DNA of 64,000 nucleotides from Polyangiales bacterium (lineage in GTDB: Bacteria > Myxococcota_A > Polyangia > Polyangiales > JADJQN01). The position numbers were made by a program, and so were the translations under genes. The stretch is from assembly GCA_964202905.1 (NCBI GenBank), contig CAXNJO010000003.1, positions 544,001-608,000 on the forward strand, given 5' to 3'. Below are positions 45,430 to 55,784 of this stretch, piece after piece. Each line of letters begins with the position of its first letter. Position 1 is the first letter of the stretch. The notes beneath the pieces are model-generated. The model had not been told where the DNA came from and did no database searches. It was given only the letters and a program-made list of their open reading frames with translations.

Positions 45430-47934
45430 CTACTCTTCCACGCTCGACCAGAAGGCGTCGGCGCGGCGGCGGCACTCGCGGCGCGCTTCGCGGAACGCGT
45501 CGTCCGCGCGAAGCGGCCCGAGCGAGGGGCAGCGGTCGAGCCACTCGACGTCCGCGAGCCCCGCCTCGACCGCGCGCCCGAGGTAGCGCACCGCGTCCGG
45601 CACGCGCCCGAGCCCCGCGAAGATCTCGGCGCCGCTCTGCAGCGCGAGCCGGAGAAAGCGCGGGCTGACGACCGCGGGGATGAGCGCGCCGAAGATCGCC
45701 TCGCCCTCCGCGGCGCCGATGTCTCCGAGCGCGAGGCGCAGGTAGAGCGCCGAGAAACGCGCGACGGGGTCGTCGCTCTCGTCGAGCGTCGGCAGCAGCG
45801 CCCGCTGCCCCTCGACGTCGCGGTACCACACGGCGATGCGGGCCTGCAGCGCGAGGAGTTGCGCACCGCCGCCCGCGTCGTGCACCGCGAGCACCCGCCG
45901 GCTGGCCTCGCGATCGCCCGCGAGCGCGAGCGTGCGTGCGAGGTCGCGCGCGGCGACGATTAACGTCGGGTCGAGCTCGAGCGCGGCCCGGAGATGGCGC
46001 ACGCCGCGCTCGAGACGCCCCGTCTCCACCGCCATGGCGCCGAAGGCCTGGTGCGCGGCCGCGAAGGTGGGCGCGATCGCGACGGCGCGAGAGAGCGAGC
46101 GCCCGGCGCCCGCGTAATCCGAGACGTGCACCGCGTAGAGGCCCGCCGCGAGCTGCGTCTCGGCGACGTCGGGCGCGTGCAGCCGGGCGCGCTCGACGCT
46201 GCGCGCGACCGCGTCCGCGAAGCCCACCGGATCGACGGAGGACGGCGCGAACCACGCGCGCAGCGAGGCGAGCGCATGTCCAGCGAGGGCCGGCGTGAAG
46301 GAGGGCGCGCGCGCGAGCGCCTCGTCGAAGAGCGCGACCGCGCCCCCCGGCCCGTCGAGCCGCGTGAGCGCGAGCGCGCGCCGCCCGCGCATGTAGGAAT
46401 CCACCGCTTCGGCCGACGCCGCGCCGCGACGCGCGCCGACGTCGAGCGACACGCGGAGCGCCTCCGCGACGCGCCGGCTCACGCGCTCCTGCACCTCGAA
46501 GACATCCTCGAGCTGCGCGTCGAAGCGATCGCTCCACAGCTGCGTGCCGGACGCGACGTCGACGAGCCGCACGCTCAGGCGGAGCGCGTCCGCGGTGCTC
46601 TGCACGGTGCCGTCCACGACCGCGTCGACGCCGAGCGCGAGCCCGACGCGCTTCGGGTCGCGATCGTCCCGGAATCGCGCGGTCGCGGCGCTCCCTGCGA
46701 GGCGCAGCCCGCGCGTACGCGAGAGCACATCCGTCAGTTCCTCGGCGAGCCCGTCCCCCAGGTACGCGAGCTCGGCGGGGCCCCGGTATCGGAACGGCAA
46801 AACCGCGAGCGCGCGCACCGGCGCGACCGGCGGCACGCCCGACTGCGCATCCGAGGGCGCGCGCGATTCGTCGCCGGGCGTCCGCGTCGAGGCCACGCCG
46901 AGGAGCCCGCTCTCATACAGCTCCGTCCGCGCCTGCGCCTCGCCCGACGCCTCTGCGACGCCGGCCTCGCCGTCCTGCGGCGTCTCTTGCGCGCCGACCG
47001 AGAGTCCGTGAGCGCGCAGCCAGACACGCAGAGCCGCCGCGACCGCGCGGCCGTCCGCGGGGCGTCCCTCGGGCTCGCGCGAGAGGCAGGCGAGCACCAG
47101 CTCTGCGAGCGCGTCGTCGATCGCGACGGCTGCGCGCGGATCGGGCGGCGGCTGCTGGAGCCGGGCGAGCGCGGTCGCGATCGGCGTGTCGCCCCGGAAG
47201 GCGTGCGTACCGACCACCATCTCGTAGAGGAGCAAGCCGAGCGCGTAGACGTCGGTGCGCGCGTCGACGGGCAGGGCCTGCACCTGCTCGGGCGCCATGT
47301 AGAGCGGGGTGCCCACCGGGCCGAGCGTCCGGTGCAGCGAGGCCTCGTCGGCGAGGCCGCGCGCGATGCCGAAATCCGTGAGCACGACGCGGCCGGTCGC
47401 GTCGAGGAGCACGTTCGCGGGCTTGAGATCGCGGTGCACGACGCCGGCCGCGTGCGCCGCGCCGAGCCCATCGGCGACGGCGATCGCGAGGCGGACGGCG
47501 CGCTCGGGGGCGAGCTGTTTGTCGCGCTCGAGCAGCGCGTCGAGGTCGCCGCCCTCGACGTATTCCATCGTCAGGAAGTGCACGCCGGCGTGCTCGCCGA
47601 GGTCGTGGACGCGCGCGACGCACGGGTGCGAGACGCGGCGCGCGAGGCGGACCTCGCGCTTGAAGCGCTCGATGGACGCGGGGGATGGTGCCCGCGGGAA
47701 GCCGAGCTCGAGGGTCTTCAGCGCGACGCGGTCGCCGAGCAGCTCGTCGACGGCGAGGTAGACCGCGCCCATGCCGCCGCGCCCGAGCAGCCGCTCGACG
47801 CGGTAGCGCCCCGCGAACACCGCGCCCTCGCGCGGGCCGCCCGGCTGCGGCGCTTCGGGGCCCGCGGCCGCGGCGTGCTCGGCGGCGAGCGCGTCGCTGG
47901 TCGGCGGGAGTCGGGGGTCGGCGGATGGTCGCAA
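45430..47934 (-). CDS. Ser/Thr protein kinase with TolB-like and TPR domains
   Basis: LGRGGMGAVY, HRDLKPAN, TDFG, GTPLYMAPE; LAVLPF..GLAEEL..QLWSDRFD; TPRs. Confidence 0.93.
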   Translation of the reverse strand: MRPSADPRLPPTSDALAAEHAAAAGPEAPQPGGPREGAVFAGRYRVERLLGRGGMGAVYLAVDELLGDRVALKTLELGFPRAPSPASIERFKREVRLARRVSHPCVARVHDLGEHAGVHFLTMEYVEGGDLDALLERDKQLAPERAVRLAIAVADGLGAAHAAGVVHRDLKPANVLLDATGRVVLTDFGIARGLADEASLHRTLGPVGTPLYMAPEQVQALPVDARTDVYALGLLLYEMVVGTHAFRGDTPIATALARLQQPPPDPRAAVAIDDALAELVLACLSREPEGRPADGRAVAAALRVWLRAHGLSVGAQETPQDGEAGVAEASGEAQARTELYESGLLGVASTRTPGDESRAPSDAQSGVPPVAPVRALAVLPFRYRGPAELAYLGDGLAEELTDVLSRTRGLRLAGSAATARFRDDRDPKRVGLALGVDAVVDGTVQSTADALRLSVRLVDVASGTQLWSDRFDAQLEDVFEVQERVSRRVAEALRVSLDVGARRGAASAEAVDSYMRGRRALALTRLDGPGGAVALFDEALARAPSFTPALAGHALASLRAWFAPSSVDPVGFADAVARSVERARLHAPDVAETQLAAGLYAVHVSDYAGAGRSLSRAVAIAPTFAAAHQAFGAMAVETGRLERGVRHLRAALELDPTLIVAARDLARTLALAGDREASRRVLAVHDAGGGAQLLALQARIAVWYRDVEGQRALLPTLDESDDPVARFSALYLRLALGDIGAAEGEAIFGALIPAVVSPRFLRLALQSGAEIFAGLGRVPDAVRYLGRAVEAGLADVEWLDRCPSLGPLRADDAFREARRECRRRADAFWSSVEE

Positions 47935-48033
47935 GGCGCACCCACCTTACGGCCTCACGCAGGCGGCGACCATCGTCGCCGCGCGCGGCGCGCGCTGGTC
48001 AGCGCCGATCGCGGGGTTTACATTGCCGCCCAC

Positions 48034-49482
48034 ATGACGACGCTCTCCTCGCGGTACAAGGCCCCCTTCGCGCCGGGCGGGTCGGCGCCCGTCGACGCGG
48101 AGCTCGCGCGCCGGTTGCTCACGCTCGCCCTCTCACGCGGCGGCGACTACGCCGACCTCTTCTACGAATACGGCGTCTCCGGCAGCTACTCCTTCGACGA
48201 AGGCATCCTCAAGGCCGCGGGCCGCGCGGTGACGATGGGCCTCGGCGTGCGCGTCATGAAGGGCGACGCGACCGGCTACGCCTACGTCGAAGAGCTCACC
48301 CCCGAGGCGATGGACCACGCGGCGCGCACCGCGGCGCAGATCGCGGACGGCGGCGGCGCCCCCGCGCCGATCGGCGTCACGCCCCGCACGGTCGCGCGCC
48401 GCTACGAGCTCCCGCACCCGACGCTCGACGTCGCCGGCACGGAGAAGCGCGAGCTGCTCGCGCGGGCCGACCGCGTCGCGCGCGCCGAGGACCCGCGCGT
48501 CGTGCGCGTCGACGCGTCGTTCAGCGAGGAAATCCGCGAGATCCTCATCGCCTCCTCGGACGGCAAGCTCGTGCACGACGTGCAACCGCTCATGCGCTTC
48601 GGCGTGCGCGTGATCGTCGAGCACGAGGGCAAGCGGCAGTCGGGCTCGTCGGGCGGTGGCGGACGCTTCGGCATGGCCTACTTCGAGGGCCGCAGCCCCG
48701 AGTGGCACGCGAAGGAGGCCGTGCGCCAGGCCGTCGCGATGCTCGACGCGCGCGAGGCCCCCGCGGGCGAGCTGCCCGTCGTGCTCGCCCCGGGCGACAG
48801 CGGCATCCTGCTCCACGAGGCGGTCGGGCACGGGCTCGAGGCCGACTTCAACCGCAAGAAGACGAGCAACTACTCCGACGCCGTCGGCACCAAGGTCGCG
48901 AGCGAGCTCTGCACGGTGGTCGACGACGCGACGCTCGCCTTCTCGCGCGGGACGATCAACGTCGACGACGAGGGCAACGAGCCGACGAAGGCGACGCTCA
49001 TCGAGGGCGGCATCCTCCGCGGCTACATGCAGGACCGGCACTCGGCGGGCTTCTTCCACACGGCGCCGACGGGCAACGGGCGCCGCGAGTCCTTCCGCTC
49101 GCACCCGCTCCCGCGCATGACGAACACGCTGCTGCTCGCGGGCAAGGACGACCCGGCCGACATCATCCGCTCGGTCGAGCGCGGCATCTACGCGTGCAAG
49201 TTCGGCGGCGGACAGGTGGAGATCTCGAACGGCGACTTCGTGTTCTCGCTGACCGAGAGCTACCTGATCGAGAACGGGCGCATCACCGCCCCGCTCAAGG
49301 ATGTGAACCTCATCGGCAACGGCCCCGACGTCATGCGCAAGGTCGTGATGCTCGGACACGACGTCGAGGTCTCCGACGGCATCTGGACCTGCGGCAAGGA
49401 CGGGCAGTCGGTGCCCGTCGGCGTCGGCTGTCCCACCATCAAGATCTCCGCCGTGACCGTCGGCGGCTCACAGATCGGCTGA
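48034..49482 (+). CDS. tldD: Metalloprotease TldD
   Basis: GGDYADL, LLHEAVGHGLEADF, GNGRRES, PRMTNT, CGKDGQSVPVG. Confidence 0.95.
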   Translation: MTTLSSRYKAPFAPGGSAPVDAELARRLLTLALSRGGDYADLFYEYGVSGSYSFDEGILKAAGRAVTMGLGVRVMKGDATGYAYVEELTPEAMDHAARTAAQIADGGGAPAPIGVTPRTVARRYELPHPTLDVAGTEKRELLARADRVARAEDPRVVRVDASFSEEIREILIASSDGKLVHDVQPLMRFGVRVIVEHEGKRQSGSSGGGGRFGMAYFEGRSPEWHAKEAVRQAVAMLDAREAPAGELPVVLAPGDSGILLHEAVGHGLEADFNRKKTSNYSDAVGTKVASELCTVVDDATLAFSRGTINVDDEGNEPTKATLIEGGILRGYMQDRHSAGFFHTAPTGNGRRESFRSHPLPRMTNTLLLAGKDDPADIIRSVERGIYACKFGGGQVEISNGDFVFSLTESYLIENGRITAPLKDVNLIGNGPDVMRKVVMLGHDVEVSDGIWTCGKDGQSVPVGVGCPTIKISAVTVGGSQIG

Positions 49483-49487
49483 CGCGC

Positions 49488-50867
49488 ATGTCCATGAAAT
49501 CCAACGGAAAAGTGGATGCGCTCCTCGGCCTCGGGGACCGCATCGTGTCGATGGCGCGCGCGGCCGGCGCCGACGTCGCCGAGTGCAGCGTGCGCGAGGG
49601 CGATCACCTCAGCGTGAAGGTCCGCATGGGCGCGCCCGAGCTCGTCGAGGAGGCGGGCTCGCGCGCCGTGGGGCTCCGCGTGATGCTCGGGCAGCAGGTC
49701 GCGGTGACGTACACGAGCGACCTCACCGACGCGGGCCTGCAGCGCTTCGTCGAGGACGCGCTCGAGCTCGCGAAGCTCTCGCAGCCCGACCCGTTCGCGG
49801 GGCCGCCGGATCCGTCGCTCCTCTCGTCGCGCGCGGACCACGCGGACCTCGACCTCTTCGACCCCGAGATGCGCGCCCTCGACGCGGCCGAGGCGCTGCG
49901 GCGCGCCAAGGCCGGCGAGGCCGCGGCCTTCGCCGTCGACCCGCGCATCACGAACAGCGAGGGCGGCTCGTTCACGCGGGCAGCGGGCGCGAGCGCGCTC
50001 GTCACCTCGGGCGGTTTCCGCGGCGGCGGCGAGGGCACGTACGCCTCGATCGTCGTCTCGCCCATCGCCGAGGACGAGGGTGGCAAGAAGCGCAGCGGCC
50101 ACCACTGGGCGGCGCGCCGCAAGCTCGCCGGGCTCGAGGACGCCGGCGACGTCGGCCGCGAAGCCGCACGCCGCACCCTCGCGCGGCTCGGCGCACGCAA
50201 GGTCGAGACGCAGGAGGTCGCGGTCATCTTCGATCAGGACGCCGCGCGCGCGATGCTCGGCCTGCTCGCGGGCGCCGTGAACGGCAGCGCGGTCTGGCGG
50301 AAGTCGAGCTACCTCGCCGACCGCGAGGGCACGCGCGTCGCCTCCGAGCACGTGACGGTCATCGACGATCCGCTCCTCGTCGGCGGTCCCGGCTCGCGCC
50401 CCTTCGACGGCGAGGGCCTGCTCTCGCGCCGCAACGTCGTGGTCGAGAACGGCATCCTCCGCACCTTCCTGCTCGACACCTACAGCGCGCGGAAGCTCGG
50501 CAAGCAGAGCACCGCGAGCGCCTCGCGCGGCTCCTCGGGCGGCGTCGGCCCGGGCAGCACGAACTTCATCCTGCAGCCGGGGCCGCTCAGCGCCGACGCG
50601 CTGCTCCGCGCGACGCCGCGCGCGCTCTACGTCACCGACATGATGGGCTTCGGCTTCAACGCGGTGACGGGCGACTTCTCGCGCGGCGCGAGCGGCTTCT
50701 GGGTCGAACATGGAGAAAAGGTCTTTCCGGTGAGCGAGGTCACCATCTCGCTCAACGTCGACCAGATCTTCCAGCGCATCGACGCCGTCGCGAACGACCT
50801 CGACCTGCGGACCTCGGTCGCATCGCCGACGTTCCGCGTGAGCGCGATGACGCTCGCGGGCAAGTGA
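49488..50867 (+). CDS. pmbA: TldE/PmbA protein
   Basis: SRPFDGEG, TGDFSRGASGF, PVSEVTI; no HExxxH; follows tldD. Confidence 0.93.
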   Translation: MSMKSNGKVDALLGLGDRIVSMARAAGADVAECSVREGDHLSVKVRMGAPELVEEAGSRAVGLRVMLGQQVAVTYTSDLTDAGLQRFVEDALELAKLSQPDPFAGPPDPSLLSSRADHADLDLFDPEMRALDAAEALRRAKAGEAAAFAVDPRITNSEGGSFTRAAGASALVTSGGFRGGGEGTYASIVVSPIAEDEGGKKRSGHHWAARRKLAGLEDAGDVGREAARRTLARLGARKVETQEVAVIFDQDAARAMLGLLAGAVNGSAVWRKSSYLADREGTRVASEHVTVIDDPLLVGGPGSRPFDGEGLLSRRNVVVENGILRTFLLDTYSARKLGKQSTASASRGSSGGVGPGSTNFILQPGPLSADALLRATPRALYVTDMMGFGFNAVTGDFSRGASGFWVEHGEKVFPVSEVTISLNVDQIFQRIDAVANDLDLRTSVASPTFRVSAMTLAGK

Positions 50868-52369
50868 CGGCGCAGGGAGCCGACGCGCGCGACGACAAGC
50901 GCCTCCTGCGGCTGTTGCCCGTCGAGCGCTGGCCCACGGCGGCGGAGGCGGCCGCGGCGCGCTGGTTCCAGCCGCTCGCGCTCGGGCGCGGCGGCGCGCT
51001 GCCGGTGCGGACGCGCACGTGGGTCCCCGCGATGGTGCCCTGGCGCGCGACGCCCGAGGGCTTCGCGAGCGACGACGTCGTCGCCTGGTATCGGCGCTTC
51101 GCGGAGGGTCGGCCGGGCGTGCTCGTCGTCGAGGCGACGGGCGTGCGCGACGTGCCGAGCGGCCCGCTCCTGCGCATCGGCGACGACCGCTTCGTGCCCG
51201 GGCTGCGGCGCCTCGCGGACGCGGTGCGCGAGGCGAGCGGCGGCGAGACGCGGCTGTTCATCCAGCTGATCGATTTTCTCGCGATCAAGCGCCGTCCCGA
51301 GCGCACGCGCTTTCTGCAGCGGTTTCTGCCGCTCACCGCGGCGCTGCGCGCGCGCTTCGCGGAGGCGACGGGCACGCCCGCGCCGGCCAACGACGACGCG
51401 CTGCGGGACGCCCTCGTCGCCCTCGACGACGCGCGGCTCGCACGCGCGCTGCCGCCGCGCGACCTCGAGGCGCTCGAGCGCGGACACCGCGAGCGCGTCA
51501 CCGACGTGCACCTGCCGCACATCGCCGCGCTGCCCGAGACGCTGCCCCCGCTCTTCGCGGACGCGGCGCGGCGCGCGCGCGAGGCGGGCTTCGACGGCGT
51601 GGAGCTCCACTACGCGCACGCCTACACGATGGCGAGCTTCCTCTCGCGGCTGAACACGCGCGAGGACGGGTGGGGCGGCTCGCCCGAGGGCCGCGTGCGC
51701 CTGCCGCTCGAGGTCTTGCGCGCGGTGCGCGGAGCCGTCGGCGGGGACTACGTCGTCGGCTGCCGCTTCCTCGGCGACGAGGTCGTCGAGGGCGGCTCGC
51801 GGCTCGAGGACGCGCGCTTCGTCGGGGTCGCGCTCGCCCGGGCGGGGATGGATTTCCTGAGCGTCTCGAAGGGCGGGAAGTTCGAGGACGCGCGCGCGCC
51901 GAAGGTGGGCGAGGCGGTGTACCCGTACACCGGGGAGAGCGGCCACGAGTGCATGCCGACGGTGCGCATCGGCGCGCCCGGCGCCTTCGGCCGCAACGTG
52001 CCGCTCGCCGCCGCGGTGCGGGCCGCGGTGCGCGGGGCGGGGCTCGAGACGCCGGTCGTCGCGGCGGGCGGGATCAGCACCTTCGCGCAGGCCGAGCAGA
52101 TCCTCGCGGACGGACACGCCGACTTCGTCGCCGCCGCGCGGCAGTCGCTCGCCGACCCGGACTGGTTCGCGAAGATCCGCGCCGGCCGGGGCGACGAGGT
52201 GCGTCGCTGCTTCTTCACGAACTACTGCGAGGCGCTCGATCAGGCCCACAAGGAGGTCACCTGCCAGCGCTGGGACCACGCGCCCGACGTGCCCGGCGAG
52301 CCCGCGCCCGCGCGCAGCCGGGACGGTCGGCGCCGCCTCGTCGCGCCGCCCTGGCCCAGCGGCGGCTGA
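50864..52369 (+). CDS. NADH:flavin oxidoreductase (Old Yellow Enzyme family)
   Basis: VPAM, VVEAT, IQL, AGFDGVELHYAHAY, AAGGI, ARQSLADPDW, CFFTNYC; GTGA overlap with the pmbA stop. Confidence 0.9.
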   Translation: MTAQGADARDDKRLLRLLPVERWPTAAEAAAARWFQPLALGRGGALPVRTRTWVPAMVPWRATPEGFASDDVVAWYRRFAEGRPGVLVVEATGVRDVPSGPLLRIGDDRFVPGLRRLADAVREASGGETRLFIQLIDFLAIKRRPERTRFLQRFLPLTAALRARFAEATGTPAPANDDALRDALVALDDARLARALPPRDLEALERGHRERVTDVHLPHIAALPETLPPLFADAARRAREAGFDGVELHYAHAYTMASFLSRLNTREDGWGGSPEGRVRLPLEVLRAVRGAVGGDYVVGCRFLGDEVVEGGSRLEDARFVGVALARAGMDFLSVSKGGKFEDARAPKVGEAVYPYTGESGHECMPTVRIGAPGAFGRNVPLAAAVRAAVRGAGLETPVVAAGGISTFAQAEQILADGHADFVAAARQSLADPDWFAKIRAGRGDEVRRCFFTNYCEALDQAHKEVTCQRWDHAPDVPGEPAPARSRDGRRRLVAPPWPSGG

Positions 52370-52480
52370 ACGCGCGCCGCCGCGTGCAGCCGGCGTGCGT
52401 CGCCACCCAGCGCGCGCGCCCGGGTCCGCGGGGCGCGGGCACCATGGGAATGCGCGCGCTTCTGTGATACGCGGGGGACC

Positions 52481-53146
52481 GTGGGCGTGGTCGTAGGACT
52501 GACGGGTGGGATCGCGTCGGGCAAGAGCACCGTGGCGCGTCTCTTCGGCGCGCTCGGCGTGCCCATCGTGGACGCGGACGCCGTGGCGCGGGACGTCGTC
52601 GCGCCGGGCAGCGACGCGCTCCGCGAGATCGTCGCGGCCTTCGGCGAGGGCGTGCTCGCGGGCGGCGCGCTCGACCGCGCGTCGCTCGGCGCGCGCGTGT
52701 TCGCGGACACGGCGTCGCGCCGCCGACTCGAGGCGATCACGCACCCGCGCATCGCCGCCGAGAGCGCACGGCGGCTCGCGGCCGCACTCGCGGGCGGCGC
52801 GCCCTATGCGCTCTACGAGGCCGCCCTGCTCGTCGAGAACGGCGCGTACCGCATGTTCCCCGCGCTCGTCGTCGTCACCGCGCCCGAGGACGTGCAGCGC
52901 GCGCGCATCGCCGCGCGGGACGAGCTCGACGCGGCGCAGGCCCAGGCGCGCATCGCGGCGCAGGCGCCCGTCGACGCGAAGGTCGCCGTCGCCGACTGGG
53001 TCATCGAGAACGCCGGCGACCTCGCCGCGCTCGAGGCGCGCGTGCGCGCGGTGCACGGCGCGATCCTCGCGCGCTTCGCGGCGGAGGCCGTGCCCGGAGC
53101 GGCGCAGGGCGGGGTCGGGGCGGACACGCACGGAGGCGCACGATGA
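52481..53146 (+). CDS. coaE: Dephospho-CoA kinase
   Basis: GLTGGIASGKST, DAD, LEAITHPRI, EAALLVE. Confidence 0.96.
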   Translation: MGVVVGLTGGIASGKSTVARLFGALGVPIVDADAVARDVVAPGSDALREIVAAFGEGVLAGGALDRASLGARVFADTASRRRLEAITHPRIAAESARRLAAALAGGAPYALYEAALLVENGAYRMFPALVVVTAPEDVQRARIAARDELDAAQAQARIAAQAPVDAKVAVADWVIENAGDLAALEARVRAVHGAILARFAAEAVPGAAQGGVGADTHGGAR

Positions 53147-54273
53147 GCCGCGGACGCACGCTGGTGACGGGCTTCCCCTCGAGTTTCCTCGCGCGGCGCG
53201 TGGTGCAGAAGCTCCTCGCCGCCGAGCCCACGACGCGGCTCACCTGCGTGGTGCAGGCGAAGTTCCGCGCCCGCGCGGAGGAGGCGCTCCGCGGGCTCGG
53301 CGACGCCGAGCGGCGCCGCGTCGAGCTCGTCGAGGGCGACATCGCCGCGATGGACCTCGGGCTCTCCGGGCGCGAGTTCCGCGAGCTCGCGCGCGAGGTC
53401 GAGGTCATCCACCACTGCGCGGCGGTCACGTACCTAGGCGCCGATCGCCGCGCCGCCGAGCGCGTGAACGTCGGCGGCACGCGCGAGGTGGTCGAGTTGG
53501 CCGAGGCCGCGACGAACCTCTCGCGCCTCGTGCACTGGTCGACCGCGCTCGTGTCCGGCGCACGCCGCGGCTACGTGCTCGAGGGCGAGCTGCTCGCGCC
53601 GTCGGGGTTCCGCAACGCGGTCGAGGAGACGCGCTTCCGCGCCGAGCGCATCGTGCTCGAGGCGGGCGCGCGGGTGCCGACGACGGTGCTGCGCCCTGCG
53701 ACGATCGTGGGCGACTCGCACACCGGCGAGATCGACCGCTTCGAGGGCCCGTACCTGCTCGTGCAGCTGCTCCTCAGCGCGCCGAGCGATCTGCGCCTGC
53801 CGCTCCCCGGCCGCGGCGACATCCCGCTGAACCTCGTGCCCATCGACTACGCCGTCGACGCAGGCTGCGCGATCGCCCGCGACCCGCGCTCGGTCGGGCG
53901 CACCTTTCACCTCGTCGATCCACACCCGCTCACGACGCGCGCGGTGTTCGAGCGGCTCGCGCACGAGGCGGGGCGCCCCTCGCCGCGCGGCTCCGTCCCG
54001 ACGCGCGTCGCGGCCGCGCTCCTGCGCGCGCCCGGCCTCGATCGGCTCGCGCAGGCGCCGCGCGCCTTCCTCGAGCAGCTCGGCACCGAGGTCGTGTACG
54101 ACGCGCGCAACACCGAGGAGTTGCTCGCGCACACCGGCATCGCGTGCCCGCCCTTCGATCGCTATGTGGGCACGCTCGTCGACGCCGTGCGCCGCCAGCA
54201 GGCCGCGCGGCGCGCGCAGGTCGCGACCGAGCTCGAGGCCGTGCCCGAGCACGACGACCCGCTCGCGGATTGA
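53143..54273 (+). CDS. Extended SDR oxidoreductase (male-sterility/thioester-reductase-like)
   Basis: LVTGFPSSFLA, EGDI, HCAA, VNVGGT, RPATIVGDS, VPIDY; coupled to coaE. Confidence 0.85.
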   Translation: MSRGRTLVTGFPSSFLARRVVQKLLAAEPTTRLTCVVQAKFRARAEEALRGLGDAERRRVELVEGDIAAMDLGLSGREFRELAREVEVIHHCAAVTYLGADRRAAERVNVGGTREVVELAEAATNLSRLVHWSTALVSGARRGYVLEGELLAPSGFRNAVEETRFRAERIVLEAGARVPTTVLRPATIVGDSHTGEIDRFEGPYLLVQLLLSAPSDLRLPLPGRGDIPLNLVPIDYAVDAGCAIARDPRSVGRTFHLVDPHPLTTRAVFERLAHEAGRPSPRGSVPTRVAAALLRAPGLDRLAQAPRAFLEQLGTEVVYDARNTEELLAHTGIACPPFDRYVGTLVDAVRRQQAARRAQVATELEAVPEHDDPLAD

Positions 54274-54480
54274 GCCTCACGCACGCTCGACGAGCCTCTT
54301 CGCGCCGGCGCGAAGCGACGTGGTTTCAACCACTTGTGGCCGAATGCCACGCTCGTGCGCGGGAGTCCGAATCCGGCATCGTCGCGATGTTTGGGAGTTT
54401 GTTCGACGTCGCAGAACTTCGCGTGACCCCACGCGTCGGAGGCTCCACGGCGCGCAGAGACGCGCGCGAAGGAGCCCGCG

Positions 54481-55719
54481 GTGGACGTCACGCTCGTACT
54501 CACGCACGACTGCAACCTCGGCTGCGCCTACTGCTACGCGGGCGCGAAGTTCCAGAAGCGCATGAGCCCGGAGACGGCGTCGCGCGCGATCGCGCTCGCC
54601 TTCACCGACGGCGCGCCCCGCGTGCAAATCTCGTTCTTCGGCGGGGAGCCGCTGCTCGCGTGGGACGAGCTCGTGCGCTCGGCCGAAGAGGCGCGCGCGC
54701 TGGCCGAAGCGCGCGGCGTCGCGCTCGTGATGTCGGTGACGACGAACGGCACGCTGCTCGACGCCGACCGCGCCGCGACCCTCGACGCGCTCGGCGTCTA
54801 CGTCGCGCTCTCGATCGACGGCGTCCGCGAGGCGCACGACGCGGGGCGCCCGCGCGCAGGCGGCGGCTCGAGCTTCGATCAGGTCGCGCGCGGCCTCGAG
54901 GTGCTGCTGCGGCGCGGGACGCCCTTCGAGACGATCTCCGTCGTCACGCCGCAGAACGCACACCTCGTCGGCGCATCCGTCGAATGGCTCTTCGCGCAGG
55001 GCGTGCCGCGCGTGGGGCTCAACCCCTGCTACGAGGCGGCCTTCGACGACGCAGCGCTCGCGGCGTGGGAGCGCGGGCTCGAGCACGCGGCCGAGGTCGT
55101 CGCGGGTCATTTCCGCAGCGGGCGCGTCGTCTCGCTGACGACCTTCGACAACAAGATCCTCGCGGCCGTGAAGGGCGGGCTCTCGGCGGGCGATCGCTGC
55201 TCGCTCGGCACGCGCAGCGTGGCCGTCGCGCCGGGCGGGAACCTCTACGCCTGCGAGCGGCTCGTCGGCGAGGACGACGACGCCTCGCTCGTGATCGGCC
55301 ACGTCGACGACTGGGCGGGCCCCGCGGGCGAGGCGTGCGCGCGCGGCCCGGTGAACCCGGCGTGCGAGCCCTGCGGCGAGCGCTGGCGTTGCAGCAGCCA
55401 CTGCGCCTGCGCGAACCGCGCGGAGACGGGGCGCACCGACGTCGCGGGCGGCACGCAGTGCTGGCACGAGCGCACGACGGCGCGCATCGCCGATGGCCTC
55501 GCCGAGACGCTCTGGGCCGAGCAGAACCCGGCGTTTCTCGCGTGGTTCTACGGGCGCTCGCTGCCCGCCGGGACGACCGCCAACGGCGCCCACGAAGCGC
55601 ACGCGTCGGCACACGCGAGCACCCCCATGCGCACGCCGCACGAGCCGCGACGAAGCGTCGGACGCATCGATCGGCGGGCGCCCGTGACCGCACGAAAGCG
55701 CCTCGTGGTGGTGCGCTGA
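54481..55719 (+). CDS. Radical SAM/SPASM-domain protein (anSME/peptide maturase-like)
   Basis: AAGGAG RBS; CNLGCAYC, FFGGEPLL, TTNG, SIDG; SPASM Cys CSLG..GNLYAC..CEPC..CSSHCAC..C. Confidence 0.93.
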   Translation: MDVTLVLTHDCNLGCAYCYAGAKFQKRMSPETASRAIALAFTDGAPRVQISFFGGEPLLAWDELVRSAEEARALAEARGVALVMSVTTNGTLLDADRAATLDALGVYVALSIDGVREAHDAGRPRAGGGSSFDQVARGLEVLLRRGTPFETISVVTPQNAHLVGASVEWLFAQGVPRVGLNPCYEAAFDDAALAAWERGLEHAAEVVAGHFRSGRVVSLTTFDNKILAAVKGGLSAGDRCSLGTRSVAVAPGGNLYACERLVGEDDDASLVIGHVDDWAGPAGEACARGPVNPACEPCGERWRCSSHCACANRAETGRTDVAGGTQCWHERTTARIADGLAETLWAEQNPAFLAWFYGRSLPAGTTANGAHEAHASAHASTPMRTPHEPRRSVGRIDRRAPVTARKRLVVVR

Positions 55720-55784
55720 GCCGCCTCGCCCGACTTCCATCTTTTCCAGAATCACGTCCTCCATCGCTCGATCACGGAGCCGCC

